From contig JBIJDH010000022.1 of assembly GCA_044344255.1 (NCBI GenBank), forward strand, positions 64,001-128,000: a stretch of DNA of 64,000 nt, in the 5' to 3' direction. A program made the translations under genes and the position numbers. This document shows positions 9,782 through 18,874 of this stretch, piece by piece (the stretch's first letter is position 1; the number at the start of each line of letters is the position of its first letter). The notes beneath the pieces are model-generated. The model was not told where the DNA came from and did no database searches. It saw only the letters and a list, made by a program, of their open reading frames with translations. Source of the DNA: Myxococcota bacterium (GTDB taxonomy: Bacteria; Myxococcota_A; UBA796; UBA2385).

Positions 9782-10579
9782 ATGACCCCCGAGCGCCCCT
9801 CCGATCCCCCCCGCCACCGCCTCCCACCGGGCCCCCTCTTCCCCTCCGGCCTCGCCTGGACCGATGAGGGCCCCGAGGGCGGCCCGGCATACCTCTTTGT
9901 CCACGGCATGCCGGGGAGCCACCGCGACTTCCGCTGGCTGGCCCCCACCCTGCCCGGCTGCCGGCTGCTGCGGGTAGACCTGCCGGGCTTCGGCGCATCC
10001 CCCGCCGGCCCCACCCCGCTCGACGAGCGTGGCCGCGCCTCCGTCCTCCGCCCGGTCCTCGACGCCGCGGGGGTTGAGCGGGTCGTCGTCGTCGGGCACT
10101 CGATCGGCGGCGCGGTGGCGTCGGCCTTCGCGGAGATGGCCCCCGAGCGGGTCCATGCCCTCGGCCTCCTCGCCTCCGCCGGGGCGCGCGCGCACCTCGC
10201 CTTCGCCCTCTGCCCCTTCCGCCTGCTCCGCTTCGGCTACGACCGGCCGCCCCTGCGCTCCCTGGCGGCGCGGCTCACCCGACGCCTCTACACCGCCTTC
10301 GGCTTCCCCCGCTCGATGCCCGCGGCCGAGCTCGAGACCACCGTGCGCTCCGCTATCCTCGCCGACTTCCAGGCCCACGGCGCCCGCATGCGGGCCCTCC
10401 AGATCCCCACCCTCGTCGCCTGGTCAGAGGACGACCGCGTGGTGGAGCGCTCCGTCTCCCGCGGCCTCGCCGCCCTCTCGCCACCCGGCCCGCGGCTCGC
10501 CTTCCCCACCGGCGGGCACAACATCCAAAAGACGCAGGCGGTTGAGCTCGGCGCGGCCCTGCGCACGCTTTGGGGCTGA
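9782..10579 (+). CDS. alpha/beta fold hydrolase
   Basis: FVHGMPG, VDLPGFG, GHSIGG nucleophile elbow, EDDRVV, GGHN. Confidence 0.9.
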   Translation: MTPERPSDPPRHRLPPGPLFPSGLAWTDEGPEGGPAYLFVHGMPGSHRDFRWLAPTLPGCRLLRVDLPGFGASPAGPTPLDERGRASVLRPVLDAAGVERVVVVGHSIGGAVASAFAEMAPERVHALGLLASAGARAHLAFALCPFRLLRFGYDRPPLRSLAARLTRRLYTAFGFPRSMPAAELETTVRSAILADFQAHGARMRALQIPTLVAWSEDDRVVERSVSRGLAALSPPGPRLAFPTGGHNIQKTQAVELGAALRTLWG

Positions 10580-10685
10580 GCGGAGCTCCCCCATGACGGG
10601 ACCTCTGGAATTTTCTTGGCGCCCGATCACCCCGGGTTATCGCCAGCACACATCCGGCACGAGGAGCCACGCCCACCCTCCCCTC

Positions 10686-10702
10686 CGTTGCAGTCTGCAA
10701 CG
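10686..10702. promoter_or_regulatory. upstream activator sequence candidate
   Basis: CGTTGCA-GTC-TGCAACG, same core as the 9745 site, about 100 bp upstream of a sigma54 promoter. Confidence 0.65.
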
Positions 10703-10798
10703 TTGCGGTTGCAGAAGGCCACGCTGGTCCCCTCGACGGCCTCGTCCGAGCCCCGAGAAAGCCGCGGCCCCCCAACGGCGCCCCCCTCTCACCCACGA

Positions 10799-10814
10799 TG
10801 GCACGCTCCTTGCT
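10799..10814 (+). promoter_or_regulatory. sigma54 (-24/-12) promoter
   Basis: TGGCACG-CTCC-TTGCT, an exact consensus match, 30 bp before the sigma-factor ATG. Confidence 0.85.
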
Positions 10815-10843
10815 TGAATGGCGACTCCCGACCAGGAGCGACC

Positions 10844-11788
10844 ATGTTCCGCATCACCGCCGATGAAGAGCGCCAGCTCGCGCACCGCATCCGCGCCGCC
10901 GAGCAGTCCGCTCGGGCCGCCCTCGCTGGCCTCGAGCCGGCCGAGCGGGTCCTGCGCCGCCGCCCGACCCGCAATGAGCGTACCCGCGCCGGCGCGGTCG
11001 ACCGCCTGATCGAGGCCGTCGCCGCCTGTGAGGAGGACGCGCGGGTCGATCGCGAGGTGCGAGTCGGGATGAGAGAGGCCCGCCGCGCCCTCAAGCAGGC
11101 CGAGGACACCCGCTGGGAGCTGGCGATGAGCGCCCGCCGCATCGCACGCGGAGAGGCCCGCAAGCTCGCCTGCTCGCTGATGGGCGAGGAGGACCTCTGC
11201 CAGGAGGGGTACATCGGCCTGATGCGGGCAGCCAAACGTTTTGACCCTGACCGCGGCATCCGCTTCTCCACCTACGCCCGCTGGTGGGTGCGGGCACAGA
11301 TGACCCGCGCCCTCGAGACCACCGGCCGCATGGTGCGCTTGCCGGGCGGGGCCGTCGAGCAGATCCGCAACATGAGCCAGGCCGCCGAGCGCCTCGACCG
11401 CGCGGGCCTGCAGTACACCCTCGACGACCTCGCCGAAGAGGTGGGCATCGAGAAGCCGCGCGCCCAGCTCCTCCTCTCTCAGGGCGGGGTGGTGTCGATC
11501 GACCAGCAGGACGACGACGGGCTCAGCATCGGCGACCGCCTCTCCTCGAACACCCGCGCCACCAAGCCCGACGAGCTCGCCATCACCGCCCAGGCGCTGG
11601 GCAAGGTGACCGACGTCTTCGACGAGCTCCTCGACGATCGCGAGAAGTACATCATCCTCAACCACTACGGGCTCCGCGGCGCCGAGTCGCGCACGATGGC
11701 CGACATCGGCAAGTCGATGGGCCTCTCGCGCGAGCGGGTGCGGCAGATCGAGGTCGGCGCTCTGTCTCGCCTCCGCGAGGCCATCTAG
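10844..11788 (+). CDS. alternative sigma70-family factor (RpoD/SigA-like, lacking region 1.1)
   Basis: [33 protein letters not shown] (region 2), [15 protein letters not shown] (region 4); AGGAG RBS before ATG 10844. Confidence 0.93.
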   Translation: MFRITADEERQLAHRIRAAEQSARAALAGLEPAERVLRRRPTRNERTRAGAVDRLIEAVAACEEDARVDREVRVGMREARRALKQAEDTRWELAMSARRIARGEARKLACSLMGEEDLCQEGYIGLMRAAKRFDPDRGIRFSTYARWWVRAQMTRALETTGRMVRLPGGAVEQIRNMSQAAERLDRAGLQYTLDDLAEEVGIEKPRAQLLLSQGGVVSIDQQDDDGLSIGDRLSSNTRATKPDELAITAQALGKVTDVFDELLDDREKYIILNHYGLRGAESRTMADIGKSMGLSRERVRQIEVGALSRLREAI

Positions 11789-11810
11789 CGCTCCGCTCAG
11801 CGGGGGCGCT
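11787..11810. terminator. possible hairpin between convergent genes
   Basis: AGCGCTCCGCT-C-AGCGGGGGCGCT imperfect stem, no U-tract. Confidence 0.3.
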
Positions 11811-13060
11811 CAGCCCGCGCCGAAGCGGAGGATGAAGCGGCTGCCGCCCCCCTCCCGGGCCTCGACCTGTACGGTGGCCCCGTGGTGATGCGCGATCTGG
11901 CGGACCAGCGCGAGGCCCAGCCCCACGCCGCCGTCGCCCTCCTTGTGGCCCGCCGGACGGTAGAAGGGCTCGAAGATCCGCTCCCGCTCGGCCTCCGGCA
12001 CCCCGGGGCCTCGGTCGGCCACGACGAGCTCGGTGGGCCGCACGGAGACCTCCGCCGCGCCGCCGCCGTGCCGCGCTGCGTTCTCGAGCAGGTTGCGCAA
12101 CAGGCGGCGGAGGAGCCGAGGGTCCCCCTGCAGGAAAGAGGGCTCACCCTCGACGGTGGCGCCCGTGCGGACGGCCTCTTCGGCGGCGAGGGCGAGGAGC
12201 TCCACGGCCTCGCTGCGCGGGGGACCGAGGACCGTGTCCAGGCGGCTCGCGAGGAGCACATCCTCGATGAGCGCGTCCAGCTCAGCCACGTCGCGGGTGG
12301 CGTCGGCCAGGAGCGCGGCGCGGGCGGCGGGCTCCGGGTCCCCGTCCAGCAGCAGCTCGAGGGCCATCCGCAAGCGGGCGAGCGGGCTCCGGAGCTCGTG
12401 GGAGGCGCTGGCCAGCACCCGCCGCTGGCCGAGGACGAGGGCCTCGATCCGCTCCGCCGCTCGGTTGAAGGCCCGCGCCAGCGCTGCGACCTCGTCGCCG
12501 CCCCGCACCGTGACCCGCGCGCCCAAGGCCCCACCACCGAAGCGCTCGACCCCCGCTTGGAGGGCCTCGAGGCGGCGGGTGATGCGCCGGGCCAGGGGGT
12601 GGCTGCCGACCACGATCGTGAGGAGCAGCACGCCCAGCACCGCAAAGAAGTGCTGGAACATCCCCGTGGTGTGGTCTCCCGGCAGGCTCACGCCCAGCCA
12701 CCGCTCGTCGCGCAGGTGGATGGCCAGCGCTCCGCGGCCCACCCACTGGACGGGGTCGGGATCGGAGACATCGGGCGCCGCTGGGGCCCCGCCCGAGCTC
12801 TGGAGGAGGCGGCCGCCCGCGTCCCACAGGCTGAGCGAGACCTGGAGCTGCGCCGCCCGGGCCGATAGCGCCGCGCCCGTGGCCGAGGGATCGGCGGGGA
12901 GATCGGCCACCACGAGCTCGGCGAGGGCCACTGACTGTCGAGGTGGCGGCCACCGGCTGGGGTCGGGGCCCGTCAGGCGCGCGGTCAGCGCGGCGGCCCC
13001 CACGCAGGCCACCGCCACCGCGATGAAGCCGACCGCGATCTGCCGCGAGAGGGAGCGCAT
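11810..13060 (-). CDS. HAMP-domain sensor histidine kinase (CpxA/RstB-like)
   Basis: Two TM segments, HAMP, SHELRSPL H-box, NLLENA, DRGPG, GVGLGL. Confidence 0.93.
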   Translation of the reverse strand: MRSLSRQIAVGFIAVAVACVGAAALTARLTGPDPSRWPPPRQSVALAELVVADLPADPSATGAALSARAAQLQVSLSLWDAGGRLLQSSGGAPAAPDVSDPDPVQWVGRGALAIHLRDERWLGVSLPGDHTTGMFQHFFAVLGVLLLTIVVGSHPLARRITRRLEALQAGVERFGGGALGARVTVRGGDEVAALARAFNRAAERIEALVLGQRRVLASASHELRSPLARLRMALELLLDGDPEPAARAALLADATRDVAELDALIEDVLLASRLDTVLGPPRSEAVELLALAAEEAVRTGATVEGEPSFLQGDPRLLRRLLRNLLENAARHGGGAAEVSVRPTELVVADRGPGVPEAERERIFEPFYRPAGHKEGDGGVGLGLALVRQIAHHHGATVQVEAREGGGSRFILRFGAG

Positions 13061-13062
13061 CC

Positions 13063-13746
13063 TCAATCTTGCCGGCTGGAGAAGAGGTAGCCCGAGCCCC
13101 GCACGGTGAGCACCCGCCGAGGCTCCTTCGGGTCGTCCTCGATCGCGGCGCGGATCCGAGAGATGTGGACGTCGACGCTGCGGTCACCGTCTCCCTCCTC
13201 CCCCGTGACCCGCTCGGAGATCTGCTCCCGCGACAAGATGCGCCCCGCGCTCTCCGCCAGCACCCGGAGGATGTCGAACTGGTGGGCCGTGAGCGGCCGG
13301 GGCTCCCCGCCCAGCGTCACCTGCCGGCCCTCCCGATCGAGCTCCAGCCGACCGAAACGAAGGGGGGCGCTGGGAGTCGCGCTGGACACCCGCCGCCGGA
13401 GCACCGCGCGGAGGCGGGCCAAGAGCTCCCGGGGCTCAAAGGGCTTCGGGAGGTAGTCGTCGGCCCCGAGCTCGAGGCCGACGATGCGGTCGGTGGGGTC
13501 ACCCCGGGCGGTGAGCATGAGCACGGGCACGTCGCTCTCCGCCCGCAGGCGCCGCAGCACCTCGAGGCCGTCCAAGTCCGGCAGCATGCCGTCGAGGATG
13601 ACCGCGTCGAAGCCGCGCCTCCCGGCCGCGAAGCCGGAGGCGCCGTTGAGGCGCTGCTCCACGGTGAAGCCCGACGCGCCGAGGTAGGTCCCGAGCATGC
13701 GCCCGAGACGCTCGTCGTCGTCGATGATCAGGATGCGGGAGCTCAA
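13063..13746 (-). CDS. OmpR/CpxR-family response regulator
   Basis: ILIIDDD, LDGMLP, LTARGD, GADDYLPKPF, winged helix SVDVHISRIR..TVRGSGY. Start estimated (TTG). Confidence 0.93.
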   Translation of the reverse strand: MSSRILIIDDDERLGRMLGTYLGASGFTVEQRLNGASGFAAGRRGFDAVILDGMLPDLDGLEVLRRLRAESDVPVLMLTARGDPTDRIVGLELGADDYLPKPFEPRELLARLRAVLRRRVSSATPSAPLRFGRLELDREGRQVTLGGEPRPLTAHQFDILRVLAESAGRILSREQISERVTGEEGDGDRSVDVHISRIRAAIEDDPKEPRRVLTVRGSGYLFSSRQD

Positions 13747-13769
13747 GGCGACGTGACCATCCGCAGAGC

Positions 13770-14423
13770 TTAGCGCGCGCGGCCGGGCCGCTCGCCTCGC
13801 TCCGACCAACCTTCGACGAGCTCCTGGCGCTGCTCGACGGTGAGGATGGCGGAGAGGCCCACCACGGCGTCGACGACGACGCGGCTGCCCTGGTCCGCGA
13901 GGGCGAGGCCGCGCTGCCGCACCCCCTCGAGGGCGGCCGGATCGACGGTCTCGGCGGAGACCGCGTCGAGCGCCTCCTCGTGCAGGTCACCCTTCTCGGC
14001 GTGGAGGGCCGCGAGGCGCGGGGCCAGGTCTCCGATGAGGGTGTCGATCTGCGCCATCTGCTCGTCGGTGGCGTCGACCCGGCCGAAGAGGTGCTCAGCG
14101 CCGCGGCTCATGTGCGACTCGATCGAGGCGGCGTCGACCTCGCCACCCCAGCCGTGGCGGCCACAGGAGCCGCCGTGGCCCATCGGACCGGCCCAGGCCC
14201 AGGAGATCGGCACGGCGATGAGGGCGAGCAGGGCGGCGCCCTTGAAGAGGCGTCGCAGGCCGCCCCGGCCGCCCCGGCTTCCCCGGTGGGCACAGCGGCC
14301 ACCGGGACCGCAGCGTCCCGCGCGCCCCTCGGGGCCGGCGCCGGGGGTGGAGTCGGCGGAGGTGGGATCGGCGGGGCTGGCAGAGGGGGTGGGGTTCTCG
14401 GAGGACATATTCTCGGAGGACAT
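13770..14423 (-). CDS. Spy/CpxP-family periplasmic protein
   Basis: Signal-like segment, ATDEQ and ILTVEQR (LTxxQ) motifs; sits upstream of the RR-HK pair. Confidence 0.8.
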   Translation of the reverse strand: MSSENMSSENPTPSASPADPTSADSTPGAGPEGRAGRCGPGGRCAHRGSRGGRGGLRRLFKGAALLALIAVPISWAWAGPMGHGGSCGRHGWGGEVDAASIESHMSRGAEHLFGRVDATDEQMAQIDTLIGDLAPRLAALHAEKGDLHEEALDAVSAETVDPAALEGVRQRGLALADQGSRVVVDAVVGLSAILTVEQRQELVEGWSERGERPGRAR

Positions 14424-14511
14424 GGGAGCTCCAGGGCTGGGTTGAGTCCACCGCGGCTCGCGGTGGCTCTCCTCACTTCGCCCCCGACCATTTCGCCCCC
14501 GTTTCGCCTCC

Positions 14512-14527
14512 GTGAAGAAGTGTGAAG
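14512..14527. promoter_or_regulatory. CpxR-like tandem binding site
   Basis: GTGAA-N5-GTGAA direct repeat with 10-bp period, about 90 bp upstream of the cpxP-like gene; resembles GTAAA-N5-GTAAA. Confidence 0.5.
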
Positions 14528-14568
14528 CGACCGTTCACCCGGGGCCGCTCCTCGGCACCAAGGGGCGA

Positions 14569-16365
14569 CTATCCGCCGAGCCGCTCCAACATCGCCGAGC
14601 AGCGGCCCTGCTCCGCTCCCTCGAGGCGCGGGCAGGCCGAGCCGAGCACCCGCCGGGCGTCCTCCCGCCGCTCGGCCTCGGCGAGCTTGGAGCCGAACCA
14701 ATAGAGGTCAGTCGGCGAGGTGCCCGGGCGGGTGGCCACCCGGAGCGCGCCGGTCCAGTCGCCCTGCTCGACGTAGATGCGGAGGCCGAGGCCGGCGATG
14801 CCGCGGTCGAGGTCGGCGTTGTCGGAGGCCGGGGCCTGGAGCGCCTCCGCGATGAGGGCGAGCGCGCCCGCCCCGTCGTTGGCCTTCTTGCGCATCAGCG
14901 CGTGGTTGTAACGCGTGACCGTGGGCACCTTCGCCCCGGTCGTCTGGGCGAAGAGGAGGTCGGACCGCCGCAGGTCGCCGAGGTCTACCGCGCAGCCGTG
15001 GCCCATCACCGACATCTTCGCCGCGTCGCCGCCCTGCAGCTTGAGCTCCTCGAGGGCGGCCCCCACGGTAGACAGGCAACCCTCGGCGTCGCCGGCCTTT
15101 CGGAGGGCGACGGCGAGGTTGTAGCGGTCGGCCGAGTCCGTCGAGCGGCCGAGGGCCTCCCGGGCCTTCGGGCCCAGGTGCTGCGGGCTCGTGGTGGCGA
15201 GCTGCCCGGCGGCCTGGAGCAAGCGGAAGTGGCCCGGCCAGCCCGCGAGCCCGCCTTCGACGGCCGCCCCGGCCTCGGCCCCCTTGCCCTGGGCGAGCCG
15301 GAGCCGGGCGGTCGCCGCGGCGAGGTTGGCCTGGTCGCCCATGCTGCCCTTGAGCTCGCCGAGCCGCTTCTCGGCGGCGGAGTAGTCTCTTGCTTCGATG
15401 AGGAAGACCACGAGCTGCCCGGCCCCGTCCCCCATCATCTCGCGGAGGCGCGCCTCGTCGGAGGCGGTGAGGATGCCCGTCATCGTCCCGTTCTGGTGCA
15501 GATCGATCCAGGGCTTCCCTTGGAGGCCCAGCGTATAGTCGGCCTTCGCCCCCGCCCGGTCCCCCGACATCTCGCGGGCGCGGCCGCGGAGGAGGAGGGC
15601 CTGCACGTCATCGGGCCGCTCCTGGAGCAGGGGCTCGAGCACGGTCTTCACCGCGGCCCAGTCATACTCATTGGCGTGATCGACCGCCTGCGCCAGCACC
15701 ACCATCCGGTCGAGCCCGAGGCGGCTGGCCACCGTGCCCACGCTGTCGACCCGCCCGCCCACCCGCGTGATGGCGGCGGCGATGAGGTCGAAGGTGGCCG
15801 CGTTCTTACAGGCGGGGAGCCGGGCCTCGGCGGTGGCGGAGTCACCCGCCTCGGCGGCGAGCTGGACCTCGAAGCAGGCGATCACCGGGTCAGGGAGCTC
15901 GGCGCGGGCGGCCTCGATGTCGGCCCGGGCGGCCGTGAGCTCGGCGGTGCGCAGGTAGACCTGCTGTAGCGTGGCGTGGGCCTCGATCGAGCCCGGATCG
16001 GCGCTCACGGCCTTCTTCGCGTAGCTCCGCGCCGCGTCGAAGTCCTGGCGCACGAAGGCGAGCTCGGACAGGGCCACCAGCAGCTCGACCTGTCCGGGGA
16101 AGGCGAGGATGGCCGCGTCGAGGGCCGCCTTGGCCTCCTCGAGCCGCCCTTGCCGCAAGAGCGTGAGCGCGAGGCCGTGCTGGGCCATCCCGCAAGAGGG
16201 GTCCCGCGCCAGCACGGACTTGAAGGCGGCCTCGGCCTCCGAGAGGCTGCTCCCGCCGAGCGCGGCGATGCCCTTGCTGTAGGCCTTCTGGTCGCGGGCC
16301 TGGGGTGCCCAGTCGGCCCGGGCGGGCGCGAGGAGGAGCGAGAGAGACAGCAGGAGGGTCCACAT
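14569..16365 (-). CDS. secreted tetratricopeptide-repeat protein
   Basis: Signal peptide MWTLLLSLSLLLAPARA; repeated TPR-like helix pairs. Confidence 0.85.
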   Translation of the reverse strand: MWTLLLSLSLLLAPARADWAPQARDQKAYSKGIAALGGSSLSEAEAAFKSVLARDPSCGMAQHGLALTLLRQGRLEEAKAALDAAILAFPGQVELLVALSELAFVRQDFDAARSYAKKAVSADPGSIEAHATLQQVYLRTAELTAARADIEAARAELPDPVIACFEVQLAAEAGDSATAEARLPACKNAATFDLIAAAITRVGGRVDSVGTVASRLGLDRMVVLAQAVDHANEYDWAAVKTVLEPLLQERPDDVQALLLRGRAREMSGDRAGAKADYTLGLQGKPWIDLHQNGTMTGILTASDEARLREMMGDGAGQLVVFLIEARDYSAAEKRLGELKGSMGDQANLAAATARLRLAQGKGAEAGAAVEGGLAGWPGHFRLLQAAGQLATTSPQHLGPKAREALGRSTDSADRYNLAVALRKAGDAEGCLSTVGAALEELKLQGGDAAKMSVMGHGCAVDLGDLRRSDLLFAQTTGAKVPTVTRYNHALMRKKANDGAGALALIAEALQAPASDNADLDRGIAGLGLRIYVEQGDWTGALRVATRPGTSPTDLYWFGSKLAEAERREDARRVLGSACPRLEGAEQGRCSAMLERLGG

Positions 16366-16534
16366 GGCGGGCTACCTCGTCCGATCAGCGGCGGGGTGGG
16401 AGGTCGACGTGGCAGTCTGACACGCGGGAGGCCGGGCCGTTCCCCCCGCGGCGCGGCGGCCTCGCCAAGGGGCTGTCAAGGGCAGGAGCCGACGCCGGGA
16501 GGCGACGACCGGGCAAGCTAGTTAGGTCCATGGG

Positions 16535-17731
16535 ATGACGCTCCCCGACCAGCTGATCCTCGAACGATTCCGATGCTTCCCAACCTGGGTCACGCTGCCG
16601 CTTAGTCCCATCACCCTGGTGTACGGCTCCAACAACTCAGGGAAGAGCGCGTTGCTCCGGTCGCTCGCCTTGCTCGGAGCGTCGCTCGAACCGAACGGGA
16701 CCACAGCCATCCGTTTGCCCGAGCAGGCGTTCCCCGGTTGCCGCTTCCAAGACCTCGCCTGGCAGGGAGATTACGGCAGCTACGCTTGGAAGCTGGGCGT
16801 ACGCTGGTCGCAGTCGGAGATTTCCGAGGCGTTGTTCACGCTCAATGGCGCAACAGACACGCCCCCCTTCATCGCCCGACTGGACTTGCGGAGCCCAGGG
16901 TCGGTCCCCCCTTGGCGAGCCATGGCCGACGAGGATCGACGGCTGATCGATCCGCGAGCCGGTACCCCGCTTCCGTTCGACGGCCTGATACCTGCCACGG
17001 ACGCCTTGGACGACCTGCGAAGTCAGCTACTGCCGCTCCGCGGAAAGGTGCGCTGGCTCGCCGGGGTGCGCCAAAAGGTCCCGAGAGTCATAGAGGCCCC
17101 CACGCAAGCGATACCGTCGATGTTCGGTGATGGAGAGGGATCCGCCCACGCCGTGGCGTTCGACTCCGACCTCCGTGAGGACGTTGCGAGTTTCTACGAA
17201 AACCTCGACTCGCCACGTCGATTGGAGGTGCACGAGTCGCCGCCACTTGGTCGTTGGCTCTCCCTCAACCCGAAGAGCCAACCGCTGTGGAGGGTCCACA
17301 TCAACGACACGGGGGAGGGGATGGCCCAGGTCCTCCCTGTGTTGACGCAGGCGGCCCTGACAGCCCGAGAGGGGGGCTTGCTCGCGGTTGAAGAGCCAGA
17401 GAGCCATCTCTACCCCTCGGCGCAGCGCACTTTGGCCCGACACATCTGCTCGCTCAGCATGCGCAACAGCTCCCCCAGGTACATCCTGGAGACTCACAGT
17501 CGCGTTTTCCTATTGGCCGTCCAATTGGAGGTCGCCAACGGATACCCTGCAGACAACGTACGAATCGTGTGGGTCGACCAGCTGCCCAGCGGACGAAGCA
17601 GCACCACGGTGCTCAAGCTACGCGATGACGGGCACCTCAGCGACGGTTGGCCTCCCTCCGCGCTGGGTGAAGACCTCGCGTTAGCGCGAGAGCTGTCGAG
17701 GTTGGGTCGTCGTCGAGAGGAGGGTCGATGA
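16535..17731 (+). CDS. ABC/AAA_21-type ATPase with DUF3696-like C-terminus
   Basis: Walker A YGSNNSGKS, signature-like GEGMAQVLPVL, Walker B EEPESHL, ETHS, C-terminal GHLSDGWP. Confidence 0.88.
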   Translation: MTLPDQLILERFRCFPTWVTLPLSPITLVYGSNNSGKSALLRSLALLGASLEPNGTTAIRLPEQAFPGCRFQDLAWQGDYGSYAWKLGVRWSQSEISEALFTLNGATDTPPFIARLDLRSPGSVPPWRAMADEDRRLIDPRAGTPLPFDGLIPATDALDDLRSQLLPLRGKVRWLAGVRQKVPRVIEAPTQAIPSMFGDGEGSAHAVAFDSDLREDVASFYENLDSPRRLEVHESPPLGRWLSLNPKSQPLWRVHINDTGEGMAQVLPVLTQAALTAREGGLLAVEEPESHLYPSAQRTLARHICSLSMRNSSPRYILETHSRVFLLAVQLEVANGYPADNVRIVWVDQLPSGRSSTTVLKLRDDGHLSDGWPPSALGEDLALARELSRLGRRREEGR

Positions 17732-18873
17732 TAATCCACCTTTCGAATGATCTGTTTGACCATCCAAACGAAACCGAGGACCGGACCCTTCGAAGATTGA
17801 TCTCGCGCATTGCAGACGATGACGATATCCACGCGCTTCTTATCGAGCCCGAAAGCGTTCCAGCGGACGAGCAAGATCCAATAAGGACGTGGATGAGTCG
17901 GCTTCACGAGTCCGACCAGCGTACATTCATTTCCTTGTGCAATCATGGGCCTCTCGTTCAACAAATGAATTACCCAGGAGCACCTTCCCATCGGCCACAC
18001 TGCTGGCGAAGGCCCGGACCGCTTGAGGTCCACGTCCAGCGAAGGGCTGGTAGCGACTGGAAGAGCCTCCACCTCTGCCTGTCGGACACTCTGGACCTCC
18101 TCCAAGAACCTATTCACCTATATCTTGAAAACGCTCGGCACGACTTCCGATTTGTACACTTTCTAGGCAGCTCTCATCACCGAGCAAGCCTATCGCGCTT
18201 AGAGACGTTGCCAGCACGAATGGTAATCCATGGAGGAGGCACCGGGGAACTTCACGGGTGGCTGCGCCCGTTGGCCGAAAAGGATAACATCAGCGCGGTT
18301 GAGATGCGCCGTATTTGGAAGAGTTGGGTCCTCTTTGACAAGGACGCAGCCGAATCCGATGCGCGACAACCGAGCGACTCTATCCTTAAGCTCATCTCTC
18401 TTTGCGAGCGGGTTTTGGCACAACACGGGGTACCCATTTCCTGGATCTGCCTCCAACGAAGAGAGATCGAGTCATACATCCCCGATGCAGGATTGCCTCG
18501 CAACACACAGAAGCGGAAAAAATTTACGCGACTCCGGGACCGTCAAGACCGGCGAGACTGGGCCTGGGCCTACGACATGAAGGGAGGATTGCGAGGCGAT
18601 TTGGTTGCATCTGTTCCCAAGGCACGGAGGGATCAGCTCAATGCGATTGGCCAAGTCCCGCAGGCACAAGAATTGAAGTCACCCTTCAACCAGCTCGATC
18701 CCACGGAACGACGGGAGCTCGCGCACGGATTCGGCAACAGCGTACTGAACGCCGCACTCACCAAGGATCCTCCTCCCGAATGGCTCGATGAGCTCGCCGC
18801 CGAGTACGACCGAGGCCCCGACTACCAGCTCCCGCGCGCCGAGCTCCTCCAATCTATATTTGACAGGATGTGA
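17728..18873 (+). CDS. putative TOPRIM/OLD-like nuclease partner of the ATPase
   Basis: LYLENARHD, HGGGTG, VLFDKD, LQRREIESYIP motif series; ATGA overlap with the ATPase gene. Confidence 0.65.
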   Translation: MIIHLSNDLFDHPNETEDRTLRRLISRIADDDDIHALLIEPESVPADEQDPIRTWMSRLHESDQRTFISLCNHGPLVQQMNYPGAPSHRPHCWRRPGPLEVHVQRRAGSDWKSLHLCLSDTLDLLQEPIHLYLENARHDFRFVHFLGSSHHRASLSRLETLPARMVIHGGGTGELHGWLRPLAEKDNISAVEMRRIWKSWVLFDKDAAESDARQPSDSILKLISLCERVLAQHGVPISWICLQRREIESYIPDAGLPRNTQKRKKFTRLRDRQDRRDWAWAYDMKGGLRGDLVASVPKARRDQLNAIGQVPQAQELKSPFNQLDPTERRELAHGFGNSVLNAALTKDPPPEWLDELAAEYDRGPDYQLPRAELLQSIFDRM

Positions 18874-18874
18874 G

